The notes beneath the pieces were generated by a model. It did no database searches and was not told where the DNA came from. It saw only the letters and a program-made list of their open reading frames with translations. From Schmidtea polychroa (taxonomy: Eukaryota), in contig CM097885.1 in the NCBI GenBank assembly GCA_044892525.1, positions 40,550,001 through 40,614,000 on the forward strand: a stretch of 64,000 nucleotides of DNA. Direction: 5' to 3'. Made by a program: the position numbers and the translations under genes. This document shows positions 50,035 to 61,791 of this stretch, in pieces (positions within the stretch are counted from its first letter, which is position 1; every line of letters starts with the position of its first letter).

Positions 50035-51660
50035 TCGAAAAATATGTTCAAATACTGCAAATAAATTATGTTGTCAATTCGTGAATATTTAATCTTATTG
50101 GATTACAATTATTTGAGGAAATCTTAGTTGATAGCACGTTTTGTCAAATCAGCCAAATTTCAAAAGAGGTACATAAAAGTTTGATAATATTGTAAATATC
50201 ATTTCCCTTCCTCACCGAGAAAATAACACGAAAATATTTCTTTACAACGATTTCTGTTAACTTCCTTTATTTTTTTTTACTTTCTGATCATGTATTATCA
50301 TATTGTACAATATACCGTATAATGTTTGATGTTTGGATTGTTTTTTAATTATTTGAAATATACTTTTTAATATCTGACGCTTTTGTTCTTGAAATAAATA
50401 CAAATCCGCAACAATATTTATTGAAATTTACTTAACAATAAATTCACATATAATCAATATGAGATGCAATATCACAAGTTTGCAAACAATTATTATGTTT
50501 ACGATTTGACATTTCATTTATTTTCATTACGATTATAGATCAAATTTCATTTTCTACTGTAATTTCATTTTAAATAAATTTCACAAATCAGTTTGGTTTC
50601 TACGGTTTATTTTCTTCCATTTTTTAAATGCGCCTTTTATTTTATATTCCATTGATAGTTCTTTCTTCAGATATTACTACTTTCTATTCTTAGTTTTTTC
50701 TACTCATTACTTAAAGCCAATACCAAAATTGTGATTTAAATTTTGTTTTTTTTTGTCTAACAATTCATATTATCATTTGCTTTGAACAAACACAACTTTA
50801 ACTAACAAATTTTACCTCAACTGATCTTTTTATATAACATCCTAAAAAGAAAATGTTTTTATATTGAGCTACATTTCTCCTGACTATCATTAATGGCATT
50901 GTGAGTTGAATTTTTAATTGTTATAAACTTTAACCCTAAATTATGTTCAGTGATTATTTCGTAAAAAACTATTTTAATTCCTTTTAGTTTTTGTCATTTT
51001 CTTTATATTATCAAAATGGCCCTTTTTCTTCCAAAATTTGTTTTTTTTAGTAATTTTTTTAGAAACTTTGTACTAATTAATAAGTATTACTCCTTATTTA
51101 GTTTTAATTAATTTATTAATTTTCCAGTAATTGTTTTCTAAATTTTCTCTTTATCAAGTATTTCAATAATTGAAAAAAAGTCATCCCTTTTATATTTATT
51201 TATTTTGATAAATAATTTTACTTTTTTTTATAATTTTAGACATTCTTGTACAAATATTTTTAAAATATTTTTTGGTTTAAAAAACAATGAAATATTTTAT
51301 ACAGGAATTTCTAAATTCGTTGAAAAACGAAAATGTCGTTGAAATAACGGACAAAATTAAAAACTACACATTTATGTTATATGACAAATTGTTGCAAAAT
51401 TTGATAATTTTTTGTTTGTAACATAATTTGATTCTATTATGTAATATGTATTATTCTTTACACAATCAAATTAATTTTTTATTATATTTAATTTTTTTAT
51501 AATGTTCCTTTCACATTGCCTATATAATAAAGATAAATAGAAAACTAAATTAAGGAAAATGAAATGATATAATAAAACAAATAATATTCAATTTAATTAT
51601 TTCAAATTTTAGATATTATATTATAATCAATTAACATTAATAAATATTATATTATTTTAA

Positions 51661-51891
51661 CCGTTTGCGGACGAATTTAATTTATTAATATATTATTTTA
51701 TATAATAAAATTTTTTAGTATACGAATGCTTAATATTGTGTTGTGATTTTTTTAAAGTTTGGCCAGCACAGCCGGTCATTATATATTGTTAAACATCTGG
51801 AACCAAATTCGTGGCCAAAATCTCTGGCCTACCGTTCGCAACCGTATAAGCAATTTAAGGCCAGCCCTGCTGGCATACAGTCCGTAAACGG
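51661..51891. mobile_element. piggyBac-type MITE (231 bp)
   Basis: TTAA|CCGTTTGCGGACG...CAGTCCGTAAACGG|TTAA; internal segments shared with 39285-39422 and partly triplicated. Confidence 0.8.
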
Positions 51892-52155
51892 TTAAGTTTA
51901 ATTTTATAATATTTCATGTTCAACAATTTTGATAATTGGCGCCATAATAATTTAAAAATGGAAATAAGAAATTAGGATTTTTTTAAAAATATTGTATTAG
52001 TAAAACATGGAAAACCTTTCATGTTTTTTGTTTAATTATGAAGAAATTATACCGTAAATTTTGAGAAAATACTTCTTTAAATAAAAAGATAATATTAAAT
52101 ATATTTTATTATATATAAAAGCACGAGGATAAGTTTCGAAACATAACACAATCAT

Positions 52156-53217
52156 TTATAATGTTTTAATAAAATATGAAGGGCTGTTATAGAAACAGTC
52201 AACATTGAGTATTTTATAATTATTATTGCTCGTAGAATCTTTTTCACTGAATTCACTGTCGAAATATCTCAACAGAACTCTTGATATTTTCGCATCACAC
52301 AAAACAGTCAGTTTCGGATGACTTTCAAGTTCTAAAATGATAGGAACCAGTTGCAAAGTGATAGAGCAGAAATTAGATTTGGAAGGATGAAATGTTTCCA
52401 AATATTCTATTTGCAGTTGATTTCTCTTCACTTCTGTGCTTCCAGAAATGAAGATTTGATTGCCATCTTTGGTTTCCAAGTGCAAATAATGCAAATCTGC
52501 AAGTGTGATTTCTTCTTTCATTTCTTTTGGTAAATCAACGCACATTTGTATTGATCTGTCAGTTAATCGTATTGATTGTACAAATATCAGCACCTCATTT
52601 TTGTAAATAGAGTCAATTTTATTAAAATTATATTGTTCCCCTTTGTTAATTATTTGGATGAAAGAGATATTTCTATCGTAATCGGATTCAATTGGTTCGT
52701 AGACTGATTGATAGTGGGCAATTCTTGTTTTGAAATCATCAATGGCAGATTCCTGTGAACAATTTATATAATCTTGTGTCAACAGTTTCACTTTTATGAT
52801 ATTTTGATTGATCGTTTCTTCATCATGACACAGAATTTCAAGAAACATTAAGTCTCTTTTTTCTTGCTCCATGCAATTTTTAATCCAATCTCGTCTGTCA
52901 CGAGTGGTGTTAGTTGCGTCGAAAAATGCGATTTCTCCATCACGGTTATTGAGCCAGTCTATCATGTCTTTCATAGCAGCTTCTGCAGACATGTGACGAA
53001 TTTCTTGTGCACTGCTGTTATTCGCATCAAAGAAATTGTTCCCCGAATAAGAACCTTCGAAAATTCTTCGATAATTTCCAACATTGAAAATTTGAGCAGA
53101 AATATTCAACCAGTTGAAATATTTACAAAGCTTTTTCGAAACGTATGATTTACCTCTTGCTGGAAGACCAACAAGAGCCACCACAAGTTTTCTGTTTTCA
53201 GTCAACTTAAAAGTCAT
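52156..53217 (-). CDS. 6-phosphofructo-2-kinase (PFKFB family) with intact kinase domain and degenerate bisphosphatase domain, intronless, 353 aa
   Basis: VGLPARGKS (Walker A), FNVGNYRR, FDATNTTRDRR, DFKTRIAHY..YEP. No RHG motif; only a relic helix QLVPIILELES...SRVLLRYF remains. Confidence 0.9.
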   Translation of the reverse strand: MTFKLTENRKLVVALVGLPARGKSYVSKKLCKYFNWLNISAQIFNVGNYRRIFEGSYSGNNFFDANNSSAQEIRHMSAEAAMKDMIDWLNNRDGEIAFFDATNTTRDRRDWIKNCMEQEKRDLMFLEILCHDEETINQNIIKVKLLTQDYINCSQESAIDDFKTRIAHYQSVYEPIESDYDRNISFIQIINKGEQYNFNKIDSIYKNEVLIFVQSIRLTDRSIQMCVDLPKEMKEEITLADLHYLHLETKDGNQIFISGSTEVKRNQLQIEYLETFHPSKSNFCSITLQLVPIILELESHPKLTVLCDAKISRVLLRYFDSEFSEKDSTSNNNYKILNVDCFYNSPSYFIKTL

Positions 53218-53739
53218 AAAAAATTGATAAAAGTAATATTGAAGTTTGAAAGAGATTTATAAAACTTTATTTAATATTTAATAATATTAAAACAATTTTG
53301 TTTTTGAATAAATAATTAAATAAACATGATAAATAAACAATTTTACGGTCTTTTTTTTACAGTCAAGTAAGATGTAGAAAAAATTATAGATATTACAGTT
53401 TTTAGAAACAGATTTTATTCATTTTTTTATTTAAAAAGAATAATTTCTAAATTTAATTTATATAATCAATTAGTTTTCAACTTAAACTAAATATATATAA
53501 AAATTTAAAAAGATTTTATAATTTTATTTGAATATAATTTTTATTGTTTTAATTTTAAAATTTAAATTTAAAATTATGTAACTTAATAACTTATTAGATT
53601 TTAAAACAACAGCAATCACATATCAACTATTTATAACCAAAACCTTTTAAAAACATTCAAAACATAAGTTTTCACAGCATTTTAAACATTAGTTTTCTGA
53701 TTTAATGATTATTGGGTTGTACTCACTAGTGTTGGTCAA

Positions 53740-53850
53740 TCCCTTAGGTAGATAATGTTCATGAGCTCAAATACAGAGATAATGGAAAGTCTTTCTAATA
53801 TATGTGGCATTGGTCCCATTACATGTAAATTGATAAACGAGATCAACATA
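53740..53850 (-). mobile_element. GIY-YIG endonuclease relic (Penelope-like)
   Basis: Minus strand reads LVYQFTCNGTNATYIRKT...HEH. Confidence 0.55.
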
Positions 53851-55751
53851 CAATAGAACCCGAAGGTTTAGATTTATTTAGACTTAAACACATTGTGCAC
53901 TATATATGATTTAGACGCGATTTTGTAATTTAAATTTCCAAACTTCTAGCTTATCTTCTTAAAACCTCTTATTGCAACACAAATTTAGGTAAAGTGTATA
54001 TAAATTAAATAATTAAATAAAGTCTAAATTTGAGCACGAAGATCAGTCATGAAATAAAATATATTCCTCTCCTTATTATGGTTAAAATTGTAAGAGGAAA
54101 ATCGTAAAGTTCAAGTAGTTCAAATTATAAAAAAGAAAGGATAAACTTAAAAAAATCATTTACCCTAAATCCAAACTAAATAAAATAATCTTGACAAATC
54201 TGTTCATACTAAGGAAAACCTATTAATAATACTTTATATTATTGAAACCAAAATTAGTGAAAATAAAATCGTGATGTACAATATTGTTGTTACTCTACGC
54301 TACGCTTATTATCAGAGAAAAGAATAAATAAGAATAAGAAACATTCAACAGAAACAATGATCAAATTTATTAAAAGATATTTAAAAAGAAGATATTACGC
54401 AATATTCTCAAATGTAAGTTTAAATCAATTTTATCCCTTGGAAGAAATTTGAAGGTTCCAAGGATACAAATATATTGAAATTGAAGAATTGACTAAAATA
54501 ATTATTTCTATAGTTAAATTTGATTAAGTTTTGAAAGAAAACTTTAACCATTGAAATTTGGCAAACACATTTTGCTTCTCAATTTCTTTTTAGTAATTTA
54601 AGTTTGCAATTCCTCAAGATTACATTTCAATAATAATGATGTTTTTATAATTTTCCCACTTTTTCATTGTATTTAATATTAAAGTTATCAAATTATATGT
54701 ATTTGTTTAAACTCTGTTGATAATACTAATAAATTAACAATACTAAAAACAAAATGTTTACAGAAAAAATATTAACAATTTAAAAGATAATTAATATCAA
54801 TAAAATTATTTATTAAAAAGATCCAAAAACTAATAATTAAATAAAAACAAAAATTCAAAATAAATGTATAACTAATAAAATAAAAAAAAAATAAATAAAT
54901 GTAATTAATTAAAATTTTTAAATATTAATAAAAAAAATCTAAATTGAAATATTTAACAGTAAAATTTAACATGATTTAATTTAAAAAATCTTAAGATGGA
55001 GATCCTATATCAAGGACGGTTTATTGGGTATATGGTGGTAGATTGCACTAGAGAGTCATATCCCGTCCCACAATCTGCAAATTCATTCCTTTGAGAATGT
55101 GGCTGATAGGTCTCAAATTCGCATAAAAAATTATAACTGGAAATAATGAAAATAAAAACAAAACCAGTTGACTGCTATATAAAAACTATAACTAATAATT
55201 AATAATAATCATCAAATTCATGACCAGCACCATATATTTAAGGGGTTTATGTGAAAATTTCTTTTCTAACAAAACCTTTGTGGAGCATTGTTAGTAAAAA
55301 TTATTAATATTTAATATAAGTCTATCCATTTTATAACTGAAAATATTTTTGAATTATTGAATAGTAAAACAAAATTTGAGAAAAATTTTAAAAATCTTTT
55401 TAGTATTTTAAAATTATCAGAATACCAAAAGTGTTAAACATCTATGTAGAAAATAATAAAGATCTTAAGAAAACATTAGATTGAATAAAATAAAATAGAA
55501 TTTTAATATAATATTTATTCATTATAGAAATTTAGCATATTTTTTAAAGTTTTTTTCACTTTGCTATTTTACTAATTTTTTGGTAAGAACAAAGATTATA
55601 TTTATGTCAAACGGTTTTTTCAAACTCAAATAACCATTTTAAACTAGGAAAAAACTTCAGAGAAAATAAATAATTTTATTTTTAAAAATAAATAAATAAA
55701 GTAATTTTTTGTTTAAATATCCAATTTATACTTACTATTAATACTTTAATA

Positions 55752-56804
55752 ATGACTAAATTTACAATTGAAAGAAAAAAACTCGTTGTTGTTTTAATCG
55801 GATTGCCAGCAAGAGGTAAATTATTTGTTTCAAAAAAACTTTGTAAATATTTCAACTGGTTGAATATTTCTGCACAAATCTTCAATGTTGGTAACTACAG
55901 ACGAGAACATGAAGGAAAGTTCAAGGGAAATAATTTTTTCGATGAAAACAATGGCGATGCTGAAAGTATTTTCGAATTCCCTGAATGTTCGGCACAAAAT
56001 GATATGATGAATTGGTTGAAAAACCATGACGGAAATATCGCGTTTTACGACGCAACTAACACGACCCGTGAAAGACGTCATTGGATTGAAATGTCCGTCA
56101 GTCAACATCAAATCGATATTTTGTATCTAGAAATTATATGTGATGATCAAGATACGACTAATGAAGATATTGAAAAAGTCAAATTATTCACAAGGGATTA
56201 TTTTAATTGCTCAAAAGATGAAGCCATTCAAGATTTCAAGTCAAGAATTGAACATTATGCAACAGTTTATGAACCCATCGATGGAGAATTCGATAAAAGC
56301 ACCTCATTTATTCGAATTTTCAACAAAGGATCACGATTTGAAATCAATAAAATCGATTCCATTTTGAAACAAGAGATTTTCAATTTCATAAAATCGATTC
56401 GGTTGACAAATCGGTCAATAGTTTTGCGTACTGGTCTGTCGAATGAACTGCAGGATGTTTTGACTACACCGATGACCAAATATGTCAAATTGGATCTCAA
56501 TGATGCCAATGAGCTATCAATGTCTGGAACGATAGCGATTGAGAAAAATGAAGAACAAATAAAGGATTTCAAACGTTTGCAGATGCATGAGAGCTCGGAT
56601 GAAATGTTGATCCAGTTGATCCCGATTATATTAGAATCTGAAAAGCACAAACGGATGTCAATATTTACTTCGGAAAGAATTTCTAGAGATTTATTAAAAT
56701 ATTTTGATGATCAATTCATCCATGAAGGGAATCTTAGTAATTCGTCACTCATGATCAAGTGCTACAGCAACAAGCCAACATATAATATTCGTATAATTCA
56801 TTAA
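55752..56804 (+). CDS. Second PFK-2 paralog, intronless, 350 aa, with altered Walker A; possible pseudokinase or young pseudogene
   Basis: IGLPARGKL (Ser/Thr replaced by Leu), FNVGNYRR, YDATNTTRERR, DFKSRIEHY; the same collapsed phosphatase region; ORF is open over its full length. Confidence 0.85.
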   Translation: MTKFTIERKKLVVVLIGLPARGKLFVSKKLCKYFNWLNISAQIFNVGNYRREHEGKFKGNNFFDENNGDAESIFEFPECSAQNDMMNWLKNHDGNIAFYDATNTTRERRHWIEMSVSQHQIDILYLEIICDDQDTTNEDIEKVKLFTRDYFNCSKDEAIQDFKSRIEHYATVYEPIDGEFDKSTSFIRIFNKGSRFEINKIDSILKQEIFNFIKSIRLTNRSIVLRTGLSNELQDVLTTPMTKYVKLDLNDANELSMSGTIAIEKNEEQIKDFKRLQMHESSDEMLIQLIPIILESEKHKRMSIFTSERISRDLLKYFDDQFIHEGNLSNSSLMIKCYSNKPTYNIRIIH

Positions 56805-58029
56805 ATATTCTATAATATCTATTTTTTATTGAAATGTATTAATTTACCTATTATATTATTCTTTATTTCACTTTTGATATTCATTTATTTAAAATTTATT
56901 AAAATTATGCTTATTAGATCGAGTCAGAACATTCATTGATTATAATTCATTATTACAAGTTTTAGAAATTACAATAAAACGCCTGATCTGAGGATATTTA
57001 AATTATTTAAAATAAATTAGATTTTTAACATTTACGCTCCTAAATCCGAAAACACCAGATACGCTCGGTACAAGAATGTTCTATTAATTTGCAATGATGA
57101 AAGGACTACTTTCGATGAATTGAGAAGAGATGATTTGGGTTCAAAAAATTCCATTGTTCAAGAAACTGGTTCAACAATGGAATCGTAAGCTTCAACATTT
57201 CAACAAGCATTAGAAAGTCAGTACCGTAAATCAGAATCAGAAAAACAAGAATCAATCGATTACAATAAACAATGACTAGAATACCCTGTAAATATCATAT
57301 ATTTTCCTGAACAATATATTATTGGTTAAAGATTCTCATTGAAATGTATTTTGAAGCAAAATCACTTTGTACAAAGATGTGGAATCATTCAATAATAATG
57401 GAAAGGTCAGAACTGCTCAAATATACTCGATATATTTATGAAGAAATTGATTAAACCAATAATTATCAATTAGTTTTATGTTCCTACAACCATATTTCTA
57501 ATCTATCTATCAATATTTCAATATACCTCAATATTTATAAAATAAATTGTCGATGGTTTTGTTAAATTATGCTTTTAAACCACATATACATTTAAATTGG
57601 TTAAATATCTTCTGAAATATAAATGTATGCAAAAATATGTTATTCTTTTAGTTTTTTATCATCTTACACGATTTTAAGGTATTTAAGTTTTTCATAGATT
57701 AGTTCGACTTAAAAAATAGGCCACTGCTGAATCAATGTAGGCCAATAAATAAATTAGTAGGTTTAATCGAAATTTAGTAGGTCAAATATACATTCTATAT
57801 AGTTTTATTAATCAATAAGTAGGTCAAATACTCACACACTATATAGTTTCAATATAAAATAAATATAAGTCAAACACATATACTTTGAGGGTAGAAAACC
57901 TGACTACATGGGTGCGTGAGTGTAATAGGCAATAAATAGGGGATAATTCAAAATATTTGAAGAACTTAATTTCAAAGTTGATTATTGAGTGTTCGTTGAT
58001 CACTGTATATAAATTCTAACTAATTAAAA

Positions 58030-58338
58030 TTATTTAAAAAAAATATAAAGTAAAAAAAACAGAATAATATAAATAGATAAATTTATTCAGTCAAAAAATA
58101 AATAAAATGAAACTATTTTCTAATGAAAGTAATTAGCGGACTATATGAATATTATATGTTGGCTTGTTGATGCAGCAGTTGATCAGGATAGTCGACCGAC
58201 TCAAAGTTTCTTCATGAATGATTTCATTATGAAAATATTTTAATAAATCCTTAGAAATTCTATCCGGAGTAAATATTGACATATATTCGTGCTTTTCAGA
58301 TTCTAATATAATCGGGATCAACTGGATCAACATTTCAT
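58030..58338 (-). pseudogene. Inverted 3' fragment of the PFK-2 paralog (last ~67 codons plus 3' flank)
   Basis: MLIQLIPIILESEKH...KPTYNI matches the end of 55752-56804; the 3' flank is also similar; homology stops at 58338. Confidence 0.85.
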
Positions 58339-58765
58339 ATGAAATAAGGAATGAATGAAATTTGTCATCTTCTCAAATTCTACTTTCAAACAAAATTCAA
58401 TTTATATTGAACCTTTCACCAAATTTACATTATTTAATTCATTTATTAAAATATCGGGAATTCATACTGTTTTCAAAATTTAAGGATGAAACATTCAATT
58501 TTATTATGACATGGTTTTATTTAAATCGTGTATAGATTTCAGGTTATAGTAAATAACCATCATAATTATGGAATACTTCATCAGAAATGGTTATTTTATT
58601 ATTATTATTATTATTAATTGAATATGTATTAAGTCTTAATCGTGCGACTTTATCATCAGAATCGACATCGTTTATAATAAATTTATAGTATTATTATTAT
58701 TTCAAGTAGGAATAATAAAAATACCAATAATAATTATTATAAATTTTATTATTAATTGTTGTGAA

Positions 58766-58861
<96 letters not shown>
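58766..58861. repeat. (ATT)n microsatellite
   Basis: Direct reading. Confidence 0.95.
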
Positions 58862-58863
<2 letters not shown>

Positions 58864-59070
58864 GTAGTCGCAATATTATGTTTTAATTTGAAAATATTTT
58901 TTTAGTTAAAATATATTTAATTAAATGATCTCGCTGTTGATAATAAATCTCAATGTATGTCACAGTCTCGAGGGTAATACAAACGGATGAAAACAAATAA
59001 CGGTGGTACGATTAGGGTTATGCTTATTATATTTTTCCATGATAAATCTCAATCATTTAGTGATATACAC

Positions 59071-60000
59071 TGTTGAGGATACCTAAATGAAAAATAACAT
59101 AATGAATAAATAAATTACCTTGTGGTAGATCGCCATGATAAACGGGACGATCTATGGGAACTCAGAAAAGAAAACGGAAGCAAAAAGAAATGAGAAGGGG
59201 GAAGGAAACAAAAGAAATTAAACAAGAAAATAGAAACCAAGGTCAGTACTAATTAAAGAGGACAAATAGCTTGACAGCCGTCAGAGATAAAAATGAAACA
59301 GACGGGGAAAGCAGTAGAAATAAAGTGGAAAACACTTGATTATCTTGAGTGCCACAATAGAGGCAAACTATATAAAGAAAAACTAGCAGAGACAAAAAAT
59401 AGAGACAAAAGTGAAGCGAAATTGAGACAATTTGGAAGACGATTTGAGAGACAATTTGCGAGACAATTTAGGAGATAATTTAAGAGACGATTTGAGAGAC
59501 AATTTGAGATAAAATTATTAGAGAAAAATTAGACGAACGGACAAAACGTTGTTGGAGTAACGAATTGAAGAAGAATTGTAAAGAAAATAATTGTTGTCGG
59601 AGAAGATTTGAATAAAAGGATTAGTTGAGAAATTAAACGAAAAGATGTTACTTGAGTATTTGAATAAAGTTGTGAAGAAGGTCAAAGAAAACAACCAGGT
59701 CAAAGTCCCAGTTGATAAACCAATCAGTAATTTGTGATCTTTTAATCCGGTGTTATACGCAAGTGCTATTCCTCACCGAGTGTTGTAATAAGCATTGTAT
59801 AGTCACCAAGCAGAGTGTTGTATTGATTGTCGGTGTAAAGTGAAAGGCATAAAGATTCTCCGAATAGAATAAATGAAAAAGAGAGGTTATTTGTGATTAT
59901 CAATAAAGATTTCTGTTGTCAAGTGTAATTTGTGAATTCGTCAAAGACATGGTTGGAGTCAGAGTAACATTTAATTTATCACCAACTCAATAACCCCACT
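59071..60000 (+). mobile_element. Probable solo LTR related to 3162-4119
   Basis: Starts TGTTGAGGATACCTAAAT and ends TCACCAACTCAATAACCCCAC. Shares TTGTGAT.ATCAATAAAG with the reverse complement of the 3162-4119 element. Internal 12-bp tandem repeat at about 59420-59510. No clean TSD. Confidence 0.6.
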
Positions 60001-60924
60001 ATTACAGTAATTTACACCCAAATAAAATCATGGGCTTAATATATTATTATTATTATTTCTAAAATAATATTATTAAATTAAAATTTGAATGATACAACAG
60101 TAGGTAGTTAGTAGCTTACCGCAACAATTAACTTTTGATTACATAATTGTTGCAGTGGGTCACGCATATTTATGAGATCATTATTCAAGTTCTTAAATAT
60201 TACTGTTAGTCATTATTTATAATATAATATATTAATAATTAAATTTCAGGTGTTTTTTAGGAAATATATGATATTTTATGCATTAATATGGAATTATTTC
60301 GCTAAAATGTAAGTTAGATATTTTTATATTTATAAATAAATAAAATTAATCACCAAACACATTTATTTTTTAAGACATTTAGGCAAAAATCGGCGTACAT
60401 GAACGAAATAGTTTTTTAAATTTTTATAATCTTCTTTCTGCAGCTCATTTTCGATGGCTTTTTTCTTTCTGTAAATCAAAAGATCTCGAAGGACCTTCAA
60501 TATTTGATATGCTGCCTTCACACATACTATAAAATATTTTAATAGTTTGTAATTTAATGAATAAAACTTACATTGTATTTTCTTCTTTTTCCCTAAAGCT
60601 CAAGGTAGAACTGTCGGAATCTAAATTAAAAGTATTTTCTTCCATTTTTTAATAATTTTAAAATAATTATATTTTAACAATATGTTAACAGTTATTTATT
60701 TCGGAACAAAAACCTATATAAGAATTTTGCATGCATTTTTCATTATGTGTTTTGTGTTGGTGTGTTGAGTTATTTTTTTCTCACCTTCACAAAACCTATA
60801 ATAAAGTTACTAAATTTCGGAATAATAAATTCCTACACACAGGTAAGTTTGTGTGTTCCTATAATATATATTTATTGATTTTTTTTAGATCATAGAAGTT
60901 ATTAAATTTCGGAATTAGGTGTAA

Positions 60925-61135
60925 TAACAACCAGTTACTTGCTACCAAGTACTTACAACTAGATACCAAGTACTAAAAACCAAAAACAAGCAGCAATTAG
61001 GTACCAGATACCAATTACTGACAACCGGCAACAACCAGGTATTAAGCATTATCAACCAACTACTAAGTACTTACAACCACCTACCAAGTACTAACAACCA
61101 GTTACTAGATACCAAGTACTTACAACTAGATACCA
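60925..61135. repeat. Degenerate minisatellite built on TACCAAGTACTTACAACTAGA-like units; further units at about 61810-61866
   Basis: Direct reading of the repeated units. Confidence 0.75.
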
Positions 61136-61579
61136 CATGAAATTATTGGTTAAATAGGTAAATTATTGTCCAATTTTTAAATTTAAGTAATCAATGGTCT
61201 AAAATATTAAAGTTAAAGTCAATTAAAGATGAAAGCTTTTCTGGGATTTTCAATATTAATTTTAGATGCAAATCTCTGTGAATTAATCAATGACCACATG
61301 AAATTATTGGTTAAATATGAAAATAAGGATTATTTTTAGTTGTTAAGTAAATTATCGTGTAAAATTAAGTAATAAAGGATAATTATGTAAATTAAGAATA
61401 AGTAAGGAAATTATGGGTCCAAATTTTTAATTAAAGTAAATCAAGGGATATATTTGGTAATCAATGGGCTGAAATAAGTAAATTAAGGTCCATATTTTAA
61501 ATAAGTAAATTTAAGTTAAAAAGTCAATTTTAAATAAAAAATTTTATGAAATAATTTTCAAATCCAGATGCAAATTTCA

Positions 61580-61633
61580 ATGATAATAATAATGATAAAA
61601 TAATAATAATAACAATATTAATAAAAATATTAT

Positions 61634-61666
<33 letters not shown>

Positions 61667-61723
61667 AAATAATATTAATAATAATAATACTAATAATAAT
61701 AATAAAATAATATTAATAATAAT

Positions 61724-61790
<67 letters not shown>
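61580..61790. repeat. Imperfect (AAT)n microsatellite
   Basis: Direct reading. Confidence 0.9.

Positions 61791-61791
<1 letters not shown>

Noticed and set aside
60925..61135. CRISPR-like or telomere-like array
   Set aside because: No unique spacers or cas genes and the context is eukaryotic; the units are irregular, so it is a degenerate minisatellite.
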